A stretch of DNA of 63,308 nucleotides, counting the filler, from Trichomonas gallinae (taxonomy: Eukaryota), in the NCBI GenBank assembly GCA_008369845.1. It is 7 parts of 7 records of this genome, joined end to end, with 100 filler letters (N's around TTAATTAATTAA, not from the genome) between each part and the next. Parts side by side here need not be neighbours in the genome. Positions count along the whole stretch, not along the records: positions 41,178 to 55,041 come from MRSU01001317.1; 6 more parts are not named here. One strand, written 5' to 3'. Position numbers and translations under genes: made by a program. The notes below the pieces were generated by a model that saw nothing but the letters and a program-made list of their open reading frames with translations, ran no database searches and had not been told where the DNA came from. Positions within the stretch are counted from its first letter, which is position 1. Every line of letters begins with the position of its first letter. This document shows, in pieces, positions 42,003 through 53,366 of this stretch.

Positions 42003-44315
42003 ATGCAAAATAGTGAACAAAGAATTACAGAACTATCTCTAGGTCTTGGGCGTAACGTAGATGGACAGTATGTTCCACTTGATGACTGCGCAGTCAACTT
42101 AGAAGACTTGGCCTATGCAATTTGGAGTGAAGATAGCATTCTAAAACCTGTTTCACTTCAGATTTACGAATTAGGTGTCTTTGAAACACATTTTTGCCCA
42201 CTTGTTCTATGTGATAACCCTCAACTTTCATTCATCGCATTAAAAGCTTTAGCGTCATGCACATATCCATTCTCGGCAAACGTAACAGAACCTAAAAAAT
42301 TAAGCGAAATTTACAGAAATTACAAATATTCTTTAATCATTCACAAGAAAGTATTAAATAAAGCTTTAGAATTCGTTTACAACATCGTAAAAGATCCGCG
42401 TGCATCATCAGAAGACTTCCAGAAAGCAGAAATCGGTTTTACATTCATTAGAAATGTTGTTATTATTCCGAGCTCAACAGACATGAATGAGCAGCTTTTC
42501 TACATTCTACAGGAGAGAGGCCTCTTTGAGCTCATTGAATCACTTAAAATTAAGTCTTTTGGTTCAAGAATTGGAAAATTCTCACAAATTCTTGCAGGAA
42601 TTTTGTATGGATGCTTTGTTCCGTTTCTTCCTATTCAAGTTCCTGAAGATGAACCGGATGAAGTTGAGCCAGCACAAAAGGCTCCGCCTTCACCTAGGAA
42701 AAATGATCCTCTTGCGTTATTTGCCGCCCAGCAGAAGAGCAAGAAGCTGAATCTTCCATCAAGACATGGACACTGGGGAGGCGCACTCACAGTACAATCT
42801 AAGTCCGGTGGTTTCACATACAACGGCCCAATCACATCAAATATCATAGAAAAAGGTCCATCTCCAAACGACATCATTAAACCACGTTCCAGGCGTCAGA
42901 TTGTTGAGACTCGCGACATCCCGCCTCAGTTTACAGCTAAGGTACAGGATGCAGCAAGAAGGATAGTGAAATGCGATTCATTTAAATATGTTTTTTCGAA
43001 AGTTTTACCAAGAACATTCTCTGCTTATGACCAAACCATAAAAGTCTCTGAGCAGCTCCAGATGGTTGACTTGACTCGTTTCTTCATCGAGTATAAGCTG
43101 AAGTTCAATGACGTCTGCACAGTTCTCCCATTAGTCAGCGAAAGTAACATTAAATATTTCATCACAATGGCGAACTTTTACATGGAAGCTCGCGTCCCAG
43201 TTTTAGACACGACACCACTCAACAAAGCTCTTAATAAAGTATGTCTGCTGTTTGGCTACGTTGCCAAGTATCTGGTGAGAATTCTTGCTACATCAAAAGA
43301 TGAATCCGAGATAAAAGCAGCGAAGCATGTTATTACAGATTCTGCATCAGATATAGAGAATTTCATGATAACACTTCTTGCAACGAAACTCAACTCCAAG
43401 GCTACCGTTTACATGCTACAAGATGCTATTGTCAGTCTTGAGCGCCTCTTCCAGCTATATAAAGCCGCTGAAAGTGAAAGAATGATGAAGAAGCAGACTT
43501 ATGGCGACTCAACTTCCACTGTTGATGAATTTGATGAAATTTTCGTCGACTACGAATCATTCGATGCCGAAGAAATCATCAAGCGCTTGACAAGAAAGTC
43601 TGGCGTGTTGAATCCATTCTTCACATGTATAGAAGGCTGGCAGAGATGCGATGATGAGGAAATCATGGCGATAGCGAGAATGGTGAAGAGATTTGTCAAT
43701 CACAGAAATGGTTTGGCACATTTATTCAAATTGCCATATTTCATCATCATCAACAAAGTCTTCCAGAACAAAAAGTTCAAAGATTCTGATGATCAGCCAA
43801 TAGTTGAGTTAAGGGATGCATTGATCACATTGCTCAACAAGTTCTTCTACAATGTTAAACAGAGAAACGTCGCACTTTTGACACTGTTGACTGGACCTGA
43901 TGTTGAAGATCTTTACGAGTCGACAGATTATGCCGCAGATGATGATGACTTGTATGACATGCTCGGAGTCTCTCAGGATGTCAGAGATATCGTCAGAGAC
44001 AATGAGAGACCTGCTCCACCACCGCCTCCTAAGCCTAGAAGACGTCTCACTCAGAAGAAGGCCAAGAAAGTCAGAGAATCAGAAAGCGAAGATGAAACTG
44101 ACGACACTAAGCAGGCCGATTCTGATCTTTCAAGCGATGATGAAGATGTTTCAGCATCTCTTGAGAAACTCAGGCAGCAGATCATTGAGAGTCAGCAGCA
44201 GAAAGAAAAAGGAAAAGAAACACAACAAGAAGCTCCACAAGAGAAGAAATTGAAGCCAAGATTATCATCACAAGTTCCTGATAGTGATGAATTGTCATCA
44301 GAATTAGAAGATTAA
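42003..44315 (+). CDS. Timeless/Tof1/Swi1-like replication fork protection protein
   Basis: LGLG....GQYVPLDDCAVNLEDL...I.SED, FIRNVVIIP and SRHGHWGG match the Timeless N-terminal domain; acidic tail. Confidence 0.8.
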   Translation: MQNSEQRITELSLGLGRNVDGQYVPLDDCAVNLEDLAYAIWSEDSILKPVSLQIYELGVFETHFCPLVLCDNPQLSFIALKALASCTYPFSANVTEPKKLSEIYRNYKYSLIIHKKVLNKALEFVYNIVKDPRASSEDFQKAEIGFTFIRNVVIIPSSTDMNEQLFYILQERGLFELIESLKIKSFGSRIGKFSQILAGILYGCFVPFLPIQVPEDEPDEVEPAQKAPPSPRKNDPLALFAAQQKSKKLNLPSRHGHWGGALTVQSKSGGFTYNGPITSNIIEKGPSPNDIIKPRSRRQIVETRDIPPQFTAKVQDAARRIVKCDSFKYVFSKVLPRTFSAYDQTIKVSEQLQMVDLTRFFIEYKLKFNDVCTVLPLVSESNIKYFITMANFYMEARVPVLDTTPLNKALNKVCLLFGYVAKYLVRILATSKDESEIKAAKHVITDSASDIENFMITLLATKLNSKATVYMLQDAIVSLERLFQLYKAAESERMMKKQTYGDSTSTVDEFDEIFVDYESFDAEEIIKRLTRKSGVLNPFFTCIEGWQRCDDEEIMAIARMVKRFVNHRNGLAHLFKLPYFIIINKVFQNKKFKDSDDQPIVELRDALITLLNKFFYNVKQRNVALLTLLTGPDVEDLYESTDYAADDDDLYDMLGVSQDVRDIVRDNERPAPPPPPKPRRRLTQKKAKKVRESESEDETDDTKQADSDLSSDDEDVSASLEKLRQQIIESQQQKEKGKETQQEAPQEKKLKPRLSSQVPDSDELSSELED

Positions 44316-44632
44316 ATATATATAAATTGTTTATTTCTAAATCAAAATATTTCATATTTTTGTATTAAAATTCCGCTAATTTATCCCAAACTTTAACGAA
44401 AAATGAGTTATTCTGAAATGAGCATCAAAAATTCATTCAGATGTAGTAGCTTGTTATTTGTATGCGTATATGATTACTGAAATTTTGTTTGTGGGAAAAA
44501 ATCAAACAATAGTTATCTAAACACGGTTCTTTCTTGTGGATTTCACATTTATACTAGTTTCCATACCCATACATTTCATGTATAACAAACTATTGTTTAG
44601 TAAAGTTATGAAACTGAAACTCCAATCAAATA

Positions 44633-44720
44633 TTTGACATCGTAAATTATTATTGTCAGATGTAATCTAATTTTGTCAAATGTAAATTTGTTTTGTCATA
44701 TGTAAATTATTTCTGACATT
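44633..44720 (-). repeat. Phased array of five TGWCA..GTAAA units at ~20-bp period (reverse orientation)
   Basis: TGACA/TGTCA at 44635, 44654, 44674, 44694 and 44714; the first four are followed by GTAA. Confidence 0.75.
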
Positions 44721-44786
44721 TACCACTTTACACGAAAAATTACATTAACGGGTGAACGTTTTGTTTTTTTTTTTTTTTAGTAGAAA

Positions 44787-45812
44787 ATGAAACCAGTGAG
44801 AAGCGCAGTTCACGTGTGCTCTCTCAGCGTCTCGGCGATCAAAGCGATTGCCGAGCAGGCCATAGAGGAAGCTGAGAATGGTCAAATGATCACCGCTTAT
44901 CGCCTCCAGTGGCTTAATATCGCGATGGAATACAACAGACAAAAGCAAATGCAATACATTCTACGAAATTTGGGAGCTAAATCGAAGAGCCCTAAGTTCC
45001 GCGCTATCAGAATGAACGCATTTTGGCACCAATGGAAGAGAGAGGTTTTAAGATCGGACTGGGCAACAATCAGACAAGCTGTCGATCGTAAAATGATTGA
45101 ATACGATATAAGAGACAAAGGAAACTTCTTTTCAAGCCAAAGAATCGAACTTGCTGCAAGAAGTTTTATCCAAACAGCTCCAGTCCTCAATACACCGATA
45201 GATGATATCGTTAACATCAAAAAAGTCAAACCGTTATACGCTTTTCAGACTCCTTCTGCACACAAACCAGGATATTTCAACAAAGGTTACAACTACTGCG
45301 AATCTAACGATATTACACAGACAATTTCGGATGTCTCTGATTCAACAATTGAATCTACAGAGGTTGACACCGATGATCAGTCACTTACAGAGAAATTCAA
45401 GCAACTCGCTGAAACAAGAGGATTTACAAAAGATATTCAGTTCCACCAAGATGACCCAAAAGCGGAAGTGGTGGAAGTCGCATCCACCCAGTCAAGAAGC
45501 GTCCCGGTTATCGATGAAGATCTTGATGAAGATATCGACATCGACGAGGAAAGCGAGCCACCGGTCAATAGGTTCGTAGATGCAAAGGCTCCAGAAGAAC
45601 AGGAAATTGAATCAAAAGAAGATGAAGGAAAAGTTGAGAATGTTGAATCAGCGGCGAAAACAAGAGAAATCGAAGCAGAGCCTATCCAAGAGAAGCCAGA
45701 GCCTGTTGTCGTCAACTCTCAGCCTCCAGCTCAAGATCGATGGTCTTTGATCAAGAACTACATCATTGTTGCACTTGCGACACTGCTTATTGCAGTCTTT
45801 TTGTTGAAATAA
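44787..45812 (+). CDS. Hypothetical tail-anchored protein with acidic middle region
   Basis: 341-aa ORF with C-terminal TM YIIVALATLLIAVFLLK. Confidence 0.7.
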   Translation: MKPVRSAVHVCSLSVSAIKAIAEQAIEEAENGQMITAYRLQWLNIAMEYNRQKQMQYILRNLGAKSKSPKFRAIRMNAFWHQWKREVLRSDWATIRQAVDRKMIEYDIRDKGNFFSSQRIELAARSFIQTAPVLNTPIDDIVNIKKVKPLYAFQTPSAHKPGYFNKGYNYCESNDITQTISDVSDSTIESTEVDTDDQSLTEKFKQLAETRGFTKDIQFHQDDPKAEVVEVASTQSRSVPVIDEDLDEDIDIDEESEPPVNRFVDAKAPEEQEIESKEDEGKVENVESAAKTREIEAEPIQEKPEPVVVNSQPPAQDRWSLIKNYIIVALATLLIAVFLLK

Positions 45813-46392
45813 CGTTTTATGGTTGTCTTAAATATGTTTATTTTATAAATATTTTTAATAATACATCAGAATCAGTACTTCATACATAGTCTTATTCTAG
45901 AAATGATCATGGTAAGAGAATTATACTAGTTATCCTTAAAAACAACCAATTTATTCATATATAATTCGATTTTTCAAGGCAGTCATGAAATTTACAATTT
46001 AACTACTATTTTATAAACTACATGTGCGTTAAGATAACAGTTCAATAACAAAATCGTGAAAATTCATTTATATATTTTTGATTTTAATATTTTTAACCAA
46101 ATAATAGATTTTCTAGGTTTAATGCCTTTAGTTTTAATATTATATTCTTTTATATGTGCATAATTGTTATGATACAATTCCATATCTACAATTTTTGTGA
46201 AAATATTTTTTAATTTTCAATTTCTGTATAATATTTCGTTAATCTGATCATGTTTTTGGAATAATAACATAAAATATAATTGTTTCTTTTATTTTAATTT
46301 TTTGTTATCTATGCAAAAAATACAGAAAATCAAGAAAAAGATATAAAAAATGAATAAATTATCAGAATAAAAAAATCATTTTAATTTTTTTT

Positions 46393-48939
46393 ATGGATGA
46401 TTTTCGACCTTCTGAAGACATTTCGCAGGATAGTCCGAAGGAAGATGACGAGGAAGAAGAAAAGAGTTCAGATACTAGCTATTTAACTAGGATTACAGAT
46501 CTAATTGAAGTATTTATTCTTGGTATACTTAATGATCGAACAGATTTCGGAATACTAATAGAAATTTCGAAAGAAGTCGACGCAAATTATTCAACTCATC
46601 AAGATGTTTTAGAACAAATATTTGAAAAATCCGATTATTCATATTTTTTACGAATATTATTCACTTATTACGATACTATGACAGATCCACACTTAGAGGA
46701 TGAAATAGCAGATGCAATTTCCGTCCTTTTTTTGCTATTTACAAATATGCATTCACATGATTTTATCAGTCCAAGGATGGAGTTTTTAAATACGCACGAA
46801 GTCAACCAAAAATATACTAAACTTTTGATAAAACTTGTGGGAAAGGTGCCAATTCCTGTTAAACTCCGAGAATATTTTGCTTATATAGTTTCAAATGTAG
46901 CTTTAGCATTTAATCCATCAGAAACATATAATATAACGGACGAACAAGCCATAGCATATTACAAAATTCTTTACGCTGCATTAAATAACGCGCATTTAAT
47001 TTTTAACAAAAGAATCCTTAAATGTTTAGTCATCATCATCAGTTTCACCCCTACTGACATATCCTACGAAGTTTTTGAAATTATGCACGATTTCTTTGAA
47101 AAATATGTTATCACATTTTATAACAGTTCAGACATCATGTTAGAACGCATTGTACCATATCAAATGAAAGTGTTAGATTCTAATCGTGATAATCCTAAAT
47201 ATACAATTAGAATTTTAAAATTTTGGCAAGCAATTACTAAATACGATGTTTACATCTTCAAAATCATATCCAAGCCAATTAAAATCAAAGGATTTCCTTA
47301 TTACGATGCCAAAAAAGTAGATATTAATATAATTTTAAAATTAATCGATAGATTTTTAAATATAATGCAAAATAGCGTTGCTGAGCCCATATGTAAAGCA
47401 TCAAATAATAATCCATCGCATATTATCGTTTCAATTTTAATGAATCTTTTAATTTCCACTCCGCAGCAGTTTTTCCCATATTACAGCAGCTGGATTGAAA
47501 AACTAAGAACAGCAACTGATATAAGGTCCCAGCAAACGCTCTGCCTGCTCGTTGCGTCATGTTCAGTCGACATTTCGTTTTCAGCGATGCTCAGAGTCAC
47601 AAATAGAAAGTACGAAGCGTCGATAAAAGCTCTGATGAGGATAATTATCCCATTTTTGGCATCTGAAGACGATAGACTCTATGAATATGCTTTATTCGCG
47701 CTATCTATGGTATTTGATAATTTTCGAAAATTTTTGCGAGAAATTGATTTTCAGTTGATAGAGATGCTGACAAACAACATAAGGATTAACAAGCACACCA
47801 ACATTTCCATCATTGTCCGATTAATTTCAATATGTTATAGTATTTGTTATTCAATTAACACAGAAACGAATCCTTCACCTCTCGACAGCTCTTCTACCAT
47901 TTTTAAGAACATCAGTAACTTCTTATTGCAAATTCGCTTTCATGATTTATTATCAATTGAAATTAGTTTGATAAAACAGACATATGAAGCAATTTCTGTG
48001 CTTGTTGCAAGAATGTCTAATGATTTGAAATGGCTTTCTGACCTTAAGGAGTCATTTCATGATGAATTAATTAATTATTTTGATAAAGAGCAAAGTCCAG
48101 TAGTTCTTGAACACATAAAGTCATTATATGGTGTCATTGGAACAATATCAAAGAGGATTGGAATACAAATACCTAATGAAAGTCAAGGAATCGAAAAATT
48201 AATTCAAACAGTTTATAAAGGTTTCGTTCATTGTAATCCTGAGGTACATATTCAAGCTGTGAATTTAATGATGAGCCTTTCGTTTGCTTTTAGAACAGAT
48301 TTATTCAAATATTGCGATTTAAAGCTCCAAACCGAATATATCTTGAAAGGATATGGGTCAAACGAAGAAAATAGATTAACTGCTGCTTATGATCTTCTTA
48401 GATCAATGATTATCCTTAGTTATGAATTTGATGAAGAATTTTACCAAAAAGTATTTGAAACTCTACACGATGTCCTTAGTAACCAGGAGCAGACAACACA
48501 GCTACAGCAAAGATATTTGCAGTCAATCTTTGTTTTAGAAAAATCAACTTATATTCCTTCTTATTTCGAGAAGATCAAGGATGATTTCATGAAGATACTC
48601 GATGATTTAAGCTCTTTGACATTTGATCCATATTCCAATGATGAATTAAACGAAGCATCATCAGTTTATAGTGATATCATCATGGGTTATATGGATTATA
48701 TAAGATTATATCAGAAAATAATCACAACAGATAAGGAACAGAAGAAGGTTGTAGCTTCAATTACCAAATTATTAAAGAATATTTACTTAATCGGGAATTT
48801 ATCAGCAGAATGTTATCACACACTTAATATCATGCTTGATTTCGTCAGCCAAATGATAAATCCAATCCCGGCACTGCTTTTAGATAATGATTTCGCTAGA
48901 AAATGCCGTAGAAATCGAAAATATATCATCAAAGACTAG
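46393..48939 (+). CDS. Alpha-solenoid (HEAT/ARM, divergent importin-beta-like) protein
   Basis: 848-aa helical Leu/Ile-rich ORF; IIPFLASEDDRLYEYALFAL is HEAT-like; Inr TCATTT at 46376. Confidence 0.55.
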   Translation: MDDFRPSEDISQDSPKEDDEEEEKSSDTSYLTRITDLIEVFILGILNDRTDFGILIEISKEVDANYSTHQDVLEQIFEKSDYSYFLRILFTYYDTMTDPHLEDEIADAISVLFLLFTNMHSHDFISPRMEFLNTHEVNQKYTKLLIKLVGKVPIPVKLREYFAYIVSNVALAFNPSETYNITDEQAIAYYKILYAALNNAHLIFNKRILKCLVIIISFTPTDISYEVFEIMHDFFEKYVITFYNSSDIMLERIVPYQMKVLDSNRDNPKYTIRILKFWQAITKYDVYIFKIISKPIKIKGFPYYDAKKVDINIILKLIDRFLNIMQNSVAEPICKASNNNPSHIIVSILMNLLISTPQQFFPYYSSWIEKLRTATDIRSQQTLCLLVASCSVDISFSAMLRVTNRKYEASIKALMRIIIPFLASEDDRLYEYALFALSMVFDNFRKFLREIDFQLIEMLTNNIRINKHTNISIIVRLISICYSICYSINTETNPSPLDSSSTIFKNISNFLLQIRFHDLLSIEISLIKQTYEAISVLVARMSNDLKWLSDLKESFHDELINYFDKEQSPVVLEHIKSLYGVIGTISKRIGIQIPNESQGIEKLIQTVYKGFVHCNPEVHIQAVNLMMSLSFAFRTDLFKYCDLKLQTEYILKGYGSNEENRLTAAYDLLRSMIILSYEFDEEFYQKVFETLHDVLSNQEQTTQLQQRYLQSIFVLEKSTYIPSYFEKIKDDFMKILDDLSSLTFDPYSNDELNEASSVYSDIIMGYMDYIRLYQKIITTDKEQKKVVASITKLLKNIYLIGNLSAECYHTLNIMLDFVSQMINPIPALLLDNDFARKCRRNRKYIIKD

Positions 48940-49291
48940 AAATTGTTTTTGTTTTTAATATTAAATATGTATGTATTCCAAAACTTAAATATATTTTTAA
49001 ATATATCTCAATCAATAAGTAATTTTTACAAGCTCAAGTTTCATAAAATTAATTGCAAAAACTAATGGGTTTAGATGTTATACTGTTTAATGGATTTCAG
49101 TACTTCTTAATTTTTCAATAAATATTAGCATCGATATCATATGTTTTTGAGTTTATATAATGATATAACTTGACTTTAAAATACTGAGTACAATGATACA
49201 ATAGGCAAATAAACATTATTTCAAAATTGCGAAAATAACCTTAATTACAATTGACATTTTTATAACCTTAAACTCAACACTTTTCCAAAAT

Positions 49292-49912
49292 ATGAAATTA
49301 TTTCTTTGTTCATATTTCAAGAAAGTTCATCAGTTATTGACTAATTTTCTTGGTGACTGTTCAGGAAAATCTGTATGTTGGATTCCAACTGCAGCAATTC
49401 CAGAAGAATTCAAACATCATTTAATTCATTCGAAAGAATCTTTCGCAAATCTAGGAATTAATGTAGTAGAACTTGATGTACATACTGCATCGTACGAAGA
49501 AATTGATTCAAAATTAACAAATTGTGATTTAATTTTTGTTGCTGGTGGAAATACATTTTTCTTGCTTCAGGAGCTAAAGAGAAGTAAGGCAGACCAAGTA
49601 ATACGTCGAGAAGTCCTAAAAGGAAAGCCATATATTGGCGAATCAGCAGGTTCAATAATAGCTTCGAAAGATATTGGCTATGTTGCAGAAATGGACCCGG
49701 TTGAAGAAGGACCTCTACTTAATGGAGACTTCACATCCCTAGGTTTGATTGATTGTGCAGTTCTTCCACATTATACAAATGAACCTTTTGCAAAAGCATG
49801 CGAGACTATAATAGTAAAGTACTCAAATACTCTGGATCTTAAGCCCATTAACAATTTCCAAGTTTTTACAGTTTTAGACGATAAATCCGAGATTTTAACA
49901 AATAATCAGTAA
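49292..49912 (+). CDS. Peptidase family S51 (dipeptidase E-like), bacterial type
   Basis: MKLFLCS, WIPTAA, DLIFVAGGNTFFLLQEL, YIGESAGS (Ser nucleophile), LPHY (His). Confidence 0.92.
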   Translation: MKLFLCSYFKKVHQLLTNFLGDCSGKSVCWIPTAAIPEEFKHHLIHSKESFANLGINVVELDVHTASYEEIDSKLTNCDLIFVAGGNTFFLLQELKRSKADQVIRREVLKGKPYIGESAGSIIASKDIGYVAEMDPVEEGPLLNGDFTSLGLIDCAVLPHYTNEPFAKACETIIVKYSNTLDLKPINNFQVFTVLDDKSEILTNNQ

Positions 49913-50513
49913 ATGATCCAAAATATTATCACACAAATTGTATTTAATCGACTAATGGAATGGTATTCATCTGGAAAATTATTTGTATTTTCTTATTACT
50001 CACAACATATGTGAATTGTAATAGTTAATATGCATGATCTCAAAATGAAATATATGAAATTCATTAATGTTTTTAAGATTCTAGAACTGATATTAAAAAT
50101 TTTTCCAATATATCTGCTAAATATCAAAAATATTATGCATTACAATGATAAACTAGTGCATTATATTATTTTTATTCAGCTTGTTTAACTAATTATTATT
50201 ATATATATAATTATTAATAATATTTTTTTTCAAAAATATAAATATAAACAAAGACAATTTTCATTTAAAATATTAACAATAGTATCATTTCAAAGAATTT
50301 CTATACTATATACAGAGGATGTAATATTTAATTGGTTTATTTTTGATATTTCGATATATAACATGCTTGCAAGATTCAACATATGTGGATTCTAGTATGA
50401 TCATGAGCGAATTAACATGGTTTTGTACTGTTTGGTAATGATTTGAACAAGTTTTGTCATTCATAGATTTTTTTGCCATTGTCAAAAATCGTCAAAAATT
50501 AATTTCAAATAAA

Positions 50514-51050
50514 ATGGAAGAGAAAAATGTTGTTACATGGGAAGATCAATTTCTCGAAAAGAACAGGCATTACTTGGCAAAGTTTTTATGCACATTCCAT
50601 ATAAGATCATACAAAGGAATTGGACTTTATATATTGCTTTCGACTATTTACTTAGTAGTATCTCTTTATTTCATTCACAATGAAGTGCTATCATCATTAC
50701 TATATATTGTTGCGATCAGAATTTTGATATTTTGCTTAGTTCATTTGCCATCGAATCTAAAATCAATTCTATTTTGCCAACATGAAGAAAAGATACTGCA
50801 AGAAGTCAATCCAATCGCAATGAATCAATTGCTACAACAAATCCATCGTTTATCCAACTTTTTGAGAGATGTATACATTTATCTTTTTGTCAAATACAGT
50901 TTACTTTATATTTCTGGCTCACTCACTGTATTCTTTGGCATTTTACTGCTTTTAAGAAAAATGCTCCTTTCAGTTTTAATTCACATTATCATCACTGTTA
51001 TAACTGGTTTATGTTGCTTTATCTCTTACAAATATACTCATTACGAGTGA
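50514..51050 (+). CDS. Small multi-pass membrane protein
   Basis: First ATG 50514; two long hydrophobic hairpin-like regions. Confidence 0.55.
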   Translation: MEEKNVVTWEDQFLEKNRHYLAKFLCTFHIRSYKGIGLYILLSTIYLVVSLYFIHNEVLSSLLYIVAIRILIFCLVHLPSNLKSILFCQHEEKILQEVNPIAMNQLLQQIHRLSNFLRDVYIYLFVKYSLLYISGSLTVFFGILLLLRKMLLSVLIHIIITVITGLCCFISYKYTHYE

Positions 51051-51643
51051 AATTAATCGGATTTTTTTTATTTGTTTGTATTGAATTAAAAATTGCATTT
51101 AAATTTAACCCATTTTAATTGATGATCAAGCTCAACATGCATAAACAATCAGATGCTTTGTATGAAAACAATATATGTTAAAAATAACTTCATTTCCAAA
51201 ATTTGAATATTTATATTTTTCAGTTGATGAAAATTATTTTTCGAGATGCCATAATCCTAATTTGAAATAAGATATATTTTTGAATCTTATTAGAAGCATG
51301 TAGAGTTGTTAATTTCAATGCTCATTGAGATTCATTTGCGTCCATCTCCTTAAAACTACATTACAATAGCGACAATTTGGTACAAACATATTCATATAAC
51401 GACATAAACAAATTGTCTAAAAACCATTATTTGCTATAATGTGAATATCGTTTATAATCGTTGATACAAAATATTTTAGAGCATTATCTCATATAGACAA
51501 CCTATTGAATATTGAAAAATTTGAAATTGCAAAGCGTCAAAATAAATTCATGTTCCATCTTTAGAATGATTATCTGTTTTTAATAAATTTCAAGATCCTA
51601 AGATCGAAAATTCATGCAAAAAACAATATATTTTATTCATGAT

Positions 51644-53020
51644 TTATCTCTGGACTGGTGGGTCGAGTTCCTTCTCAGTGAGCCATGGCAAAAGTTCGTG
51701 CTCGCTTGCTGACAAGCAGATCTGCGTGTACATGTCATCGACCTGCCTCTCTTTGAGTGACTCAGCGACTGCTTCGAAATCCTCCGATCTGATCCTGTAC
51801 AAGCCTTCGAGAGAAAGAAGCGCGATGACTTTCTTAGCGATGTCTCTTCTTACTCCAGACTTTGATTCCTTAGATTCAGCAAACCAAAGCTTAATCTGCT
51901 CGACGACTTTTTCTGGGGCACCGAATGATTTGGCAATGTCCTGGCACTTTTCTAGGATCTTGAAGTGGTCGAACTTGACGAATAATGTGAATCTAGCGTC
52001 GAGACGTGCTTCGGCGAGTTTGTTTACTTGCAAATAAGATGTGCATCTGTTTGAAACGATAGCATACTCGAATTTCTCGCTGCGCTGGAATCTATATGGG
52101 AGAGCTGTTTCATATGCAACGTTTCTAGCGAGAGAGAAGCATTTGATGCACTCATTAAATTTGAAATCGCGCATTGCTTCTCTTCCGTTTTTCATGAACA
52201 TAGAGAAGCAAAATGTGTAGAAATCTGGCTTCCTATCTTCCATAACTTCGTTCTTTTCGTCTTCAATTGCTTTGAAGAATTTTTGATGATCTTTTCTAAG
52301 GATTTTATGGGATTCAACACGGAAATCTGGCCATGCTTTGGAGAGTTTGCCGTAGTAATCCTTGATGAATGGATCAATTTCTTCGTTTTTTTCGATCTCA
52401 TTGAAGAAGACTCTAAAAACAAGTGGATTAGCTTGTTCTTCCTTCTTTGCGAGTTCCTTCCATGCATCGTTCTTAGCAATGAACTGCTCAAGAAGCCTCC
52501 AGATATGAACTTCAAGTGAATCTTCTGGAATCTTGAATGTTTCGATCAATTTGTTTGTCATTTCAACAGTTCTGTTAAGAACACCCTTCTTCTTGTTTTG
52601 AAGATAGCCAAGGATCTCCATATAAACGAATAAAAGGATTTTTGCATTTCCAAAAGTATCTGATTTGTTTAAGCGTAAAATTTCTTCATATACATAGCAA
52701 GCGAAGTTAATATGAGCATATTCCTTTGCAACTTTGCCGAATTTATCAAGAATATTGATATATTGTAATGATTTTGGATCAGAGCCAAAATCATAGTCTG
52801 GCTTATTGAAGTAGTCCTTAAGAATCAAACGAGCGAACTGAAGAGTCTCTCTTCCTGCCGAAATTGCGCTATCTGCATCATAAGTTTGGCCGCCGATGGT
52901 TAAAAGTGTTGCATATGGTGCCAAATTGGTGGGATCCTTCTTTATATCTTCAATGCAAAGTGCTTCTGCCTCATCGACCTTGCCTTCTCTTACAAGAACA
53001 TCACCTTGATAATCGTTCAT
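51644..53020 (-). CDS. TPR-like helical repeat protein
   Basis: GKVDEAEALC..DIKKDPTN and SNRCTSYLQVNKLAEARLDA are TPR-like. Start probably MNDYQG (53020), alternatively 53080. Confidence 0.7.
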   Translation of the reverse strand: MNDYQGDVLVREGKVDEAEALCIEDIKKDPTNLAPYATLLTIGGQTYDADSAISAGRETLQFARLILKDYFNKPDYDFGSDPKSLQYINILDKFGKVAKEYAHINFACYVYEEILRLNKSDTFGNAKILLFVYMEILGYLQNKKKGVLNRTVEMTNKLIETFKIPEDSLEVHIWRLLEQFIAKNDAWKELAKKEEQANPLVFRVFFNEIEKNEEIDPFIKDYYGKLSKAWPDFRVESHKILRKDHQKFFKAIEDEKNEVMEDRKPDFYTFCFSMFMKNGREAMRDFKFNECIKCFSLARNVAYETALPYRFQRSEKFEYAIVSNRCTSYLQVNKLAEARLDARFTLFVKFDHFKILEKCQDIAKSFGAPEKVVEQIKLWFAESKESKSGVRRDIAKKVIALLSLEGLYRIRSEDFEAVAESLKERQVDDMYTQICLSASEHELLPWLTEKELDPPVQR

Positions 53021-53138
53021 ATCAAAGGTGATTTTGCCAAGTAAATATGCATAAGCCAAGTAAATATTTCGTTTTTTCATATAAATTTAATTTTTGGCTA
53101 AAACTTATCTATACACAAATAGTTTCACTTTTCTAGCA

Positions 53139-53197
53139 TTGTTTTAGCTGTCAATTTTGACATTGTCAGATATTTACATATTTGACAGCTAAAACAA
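53139..53197. repeat. Perfect 16-bp inverted repeat with 27-nt spacer
   Basis: TTGTTTTAGCTGTCAA (53139-53154) / TTGACAGCTAAAACAA (53182-53197). Confidence 0.8.
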
Positions 53198-53366
53198 CAT
53201 TAATGAAATTTTAATTATTTCACTTAGTAATTAAGTTTTATTTTTCAATCATTACATCGCAATCAGTAATTATGTCTTAAAATGTATTTAACCATGTAAT
53301 GCATGTGCGTAACGTTATATAAATTTTAAACAACACATTGTCTATATTACGCAACACCTGAACGGC

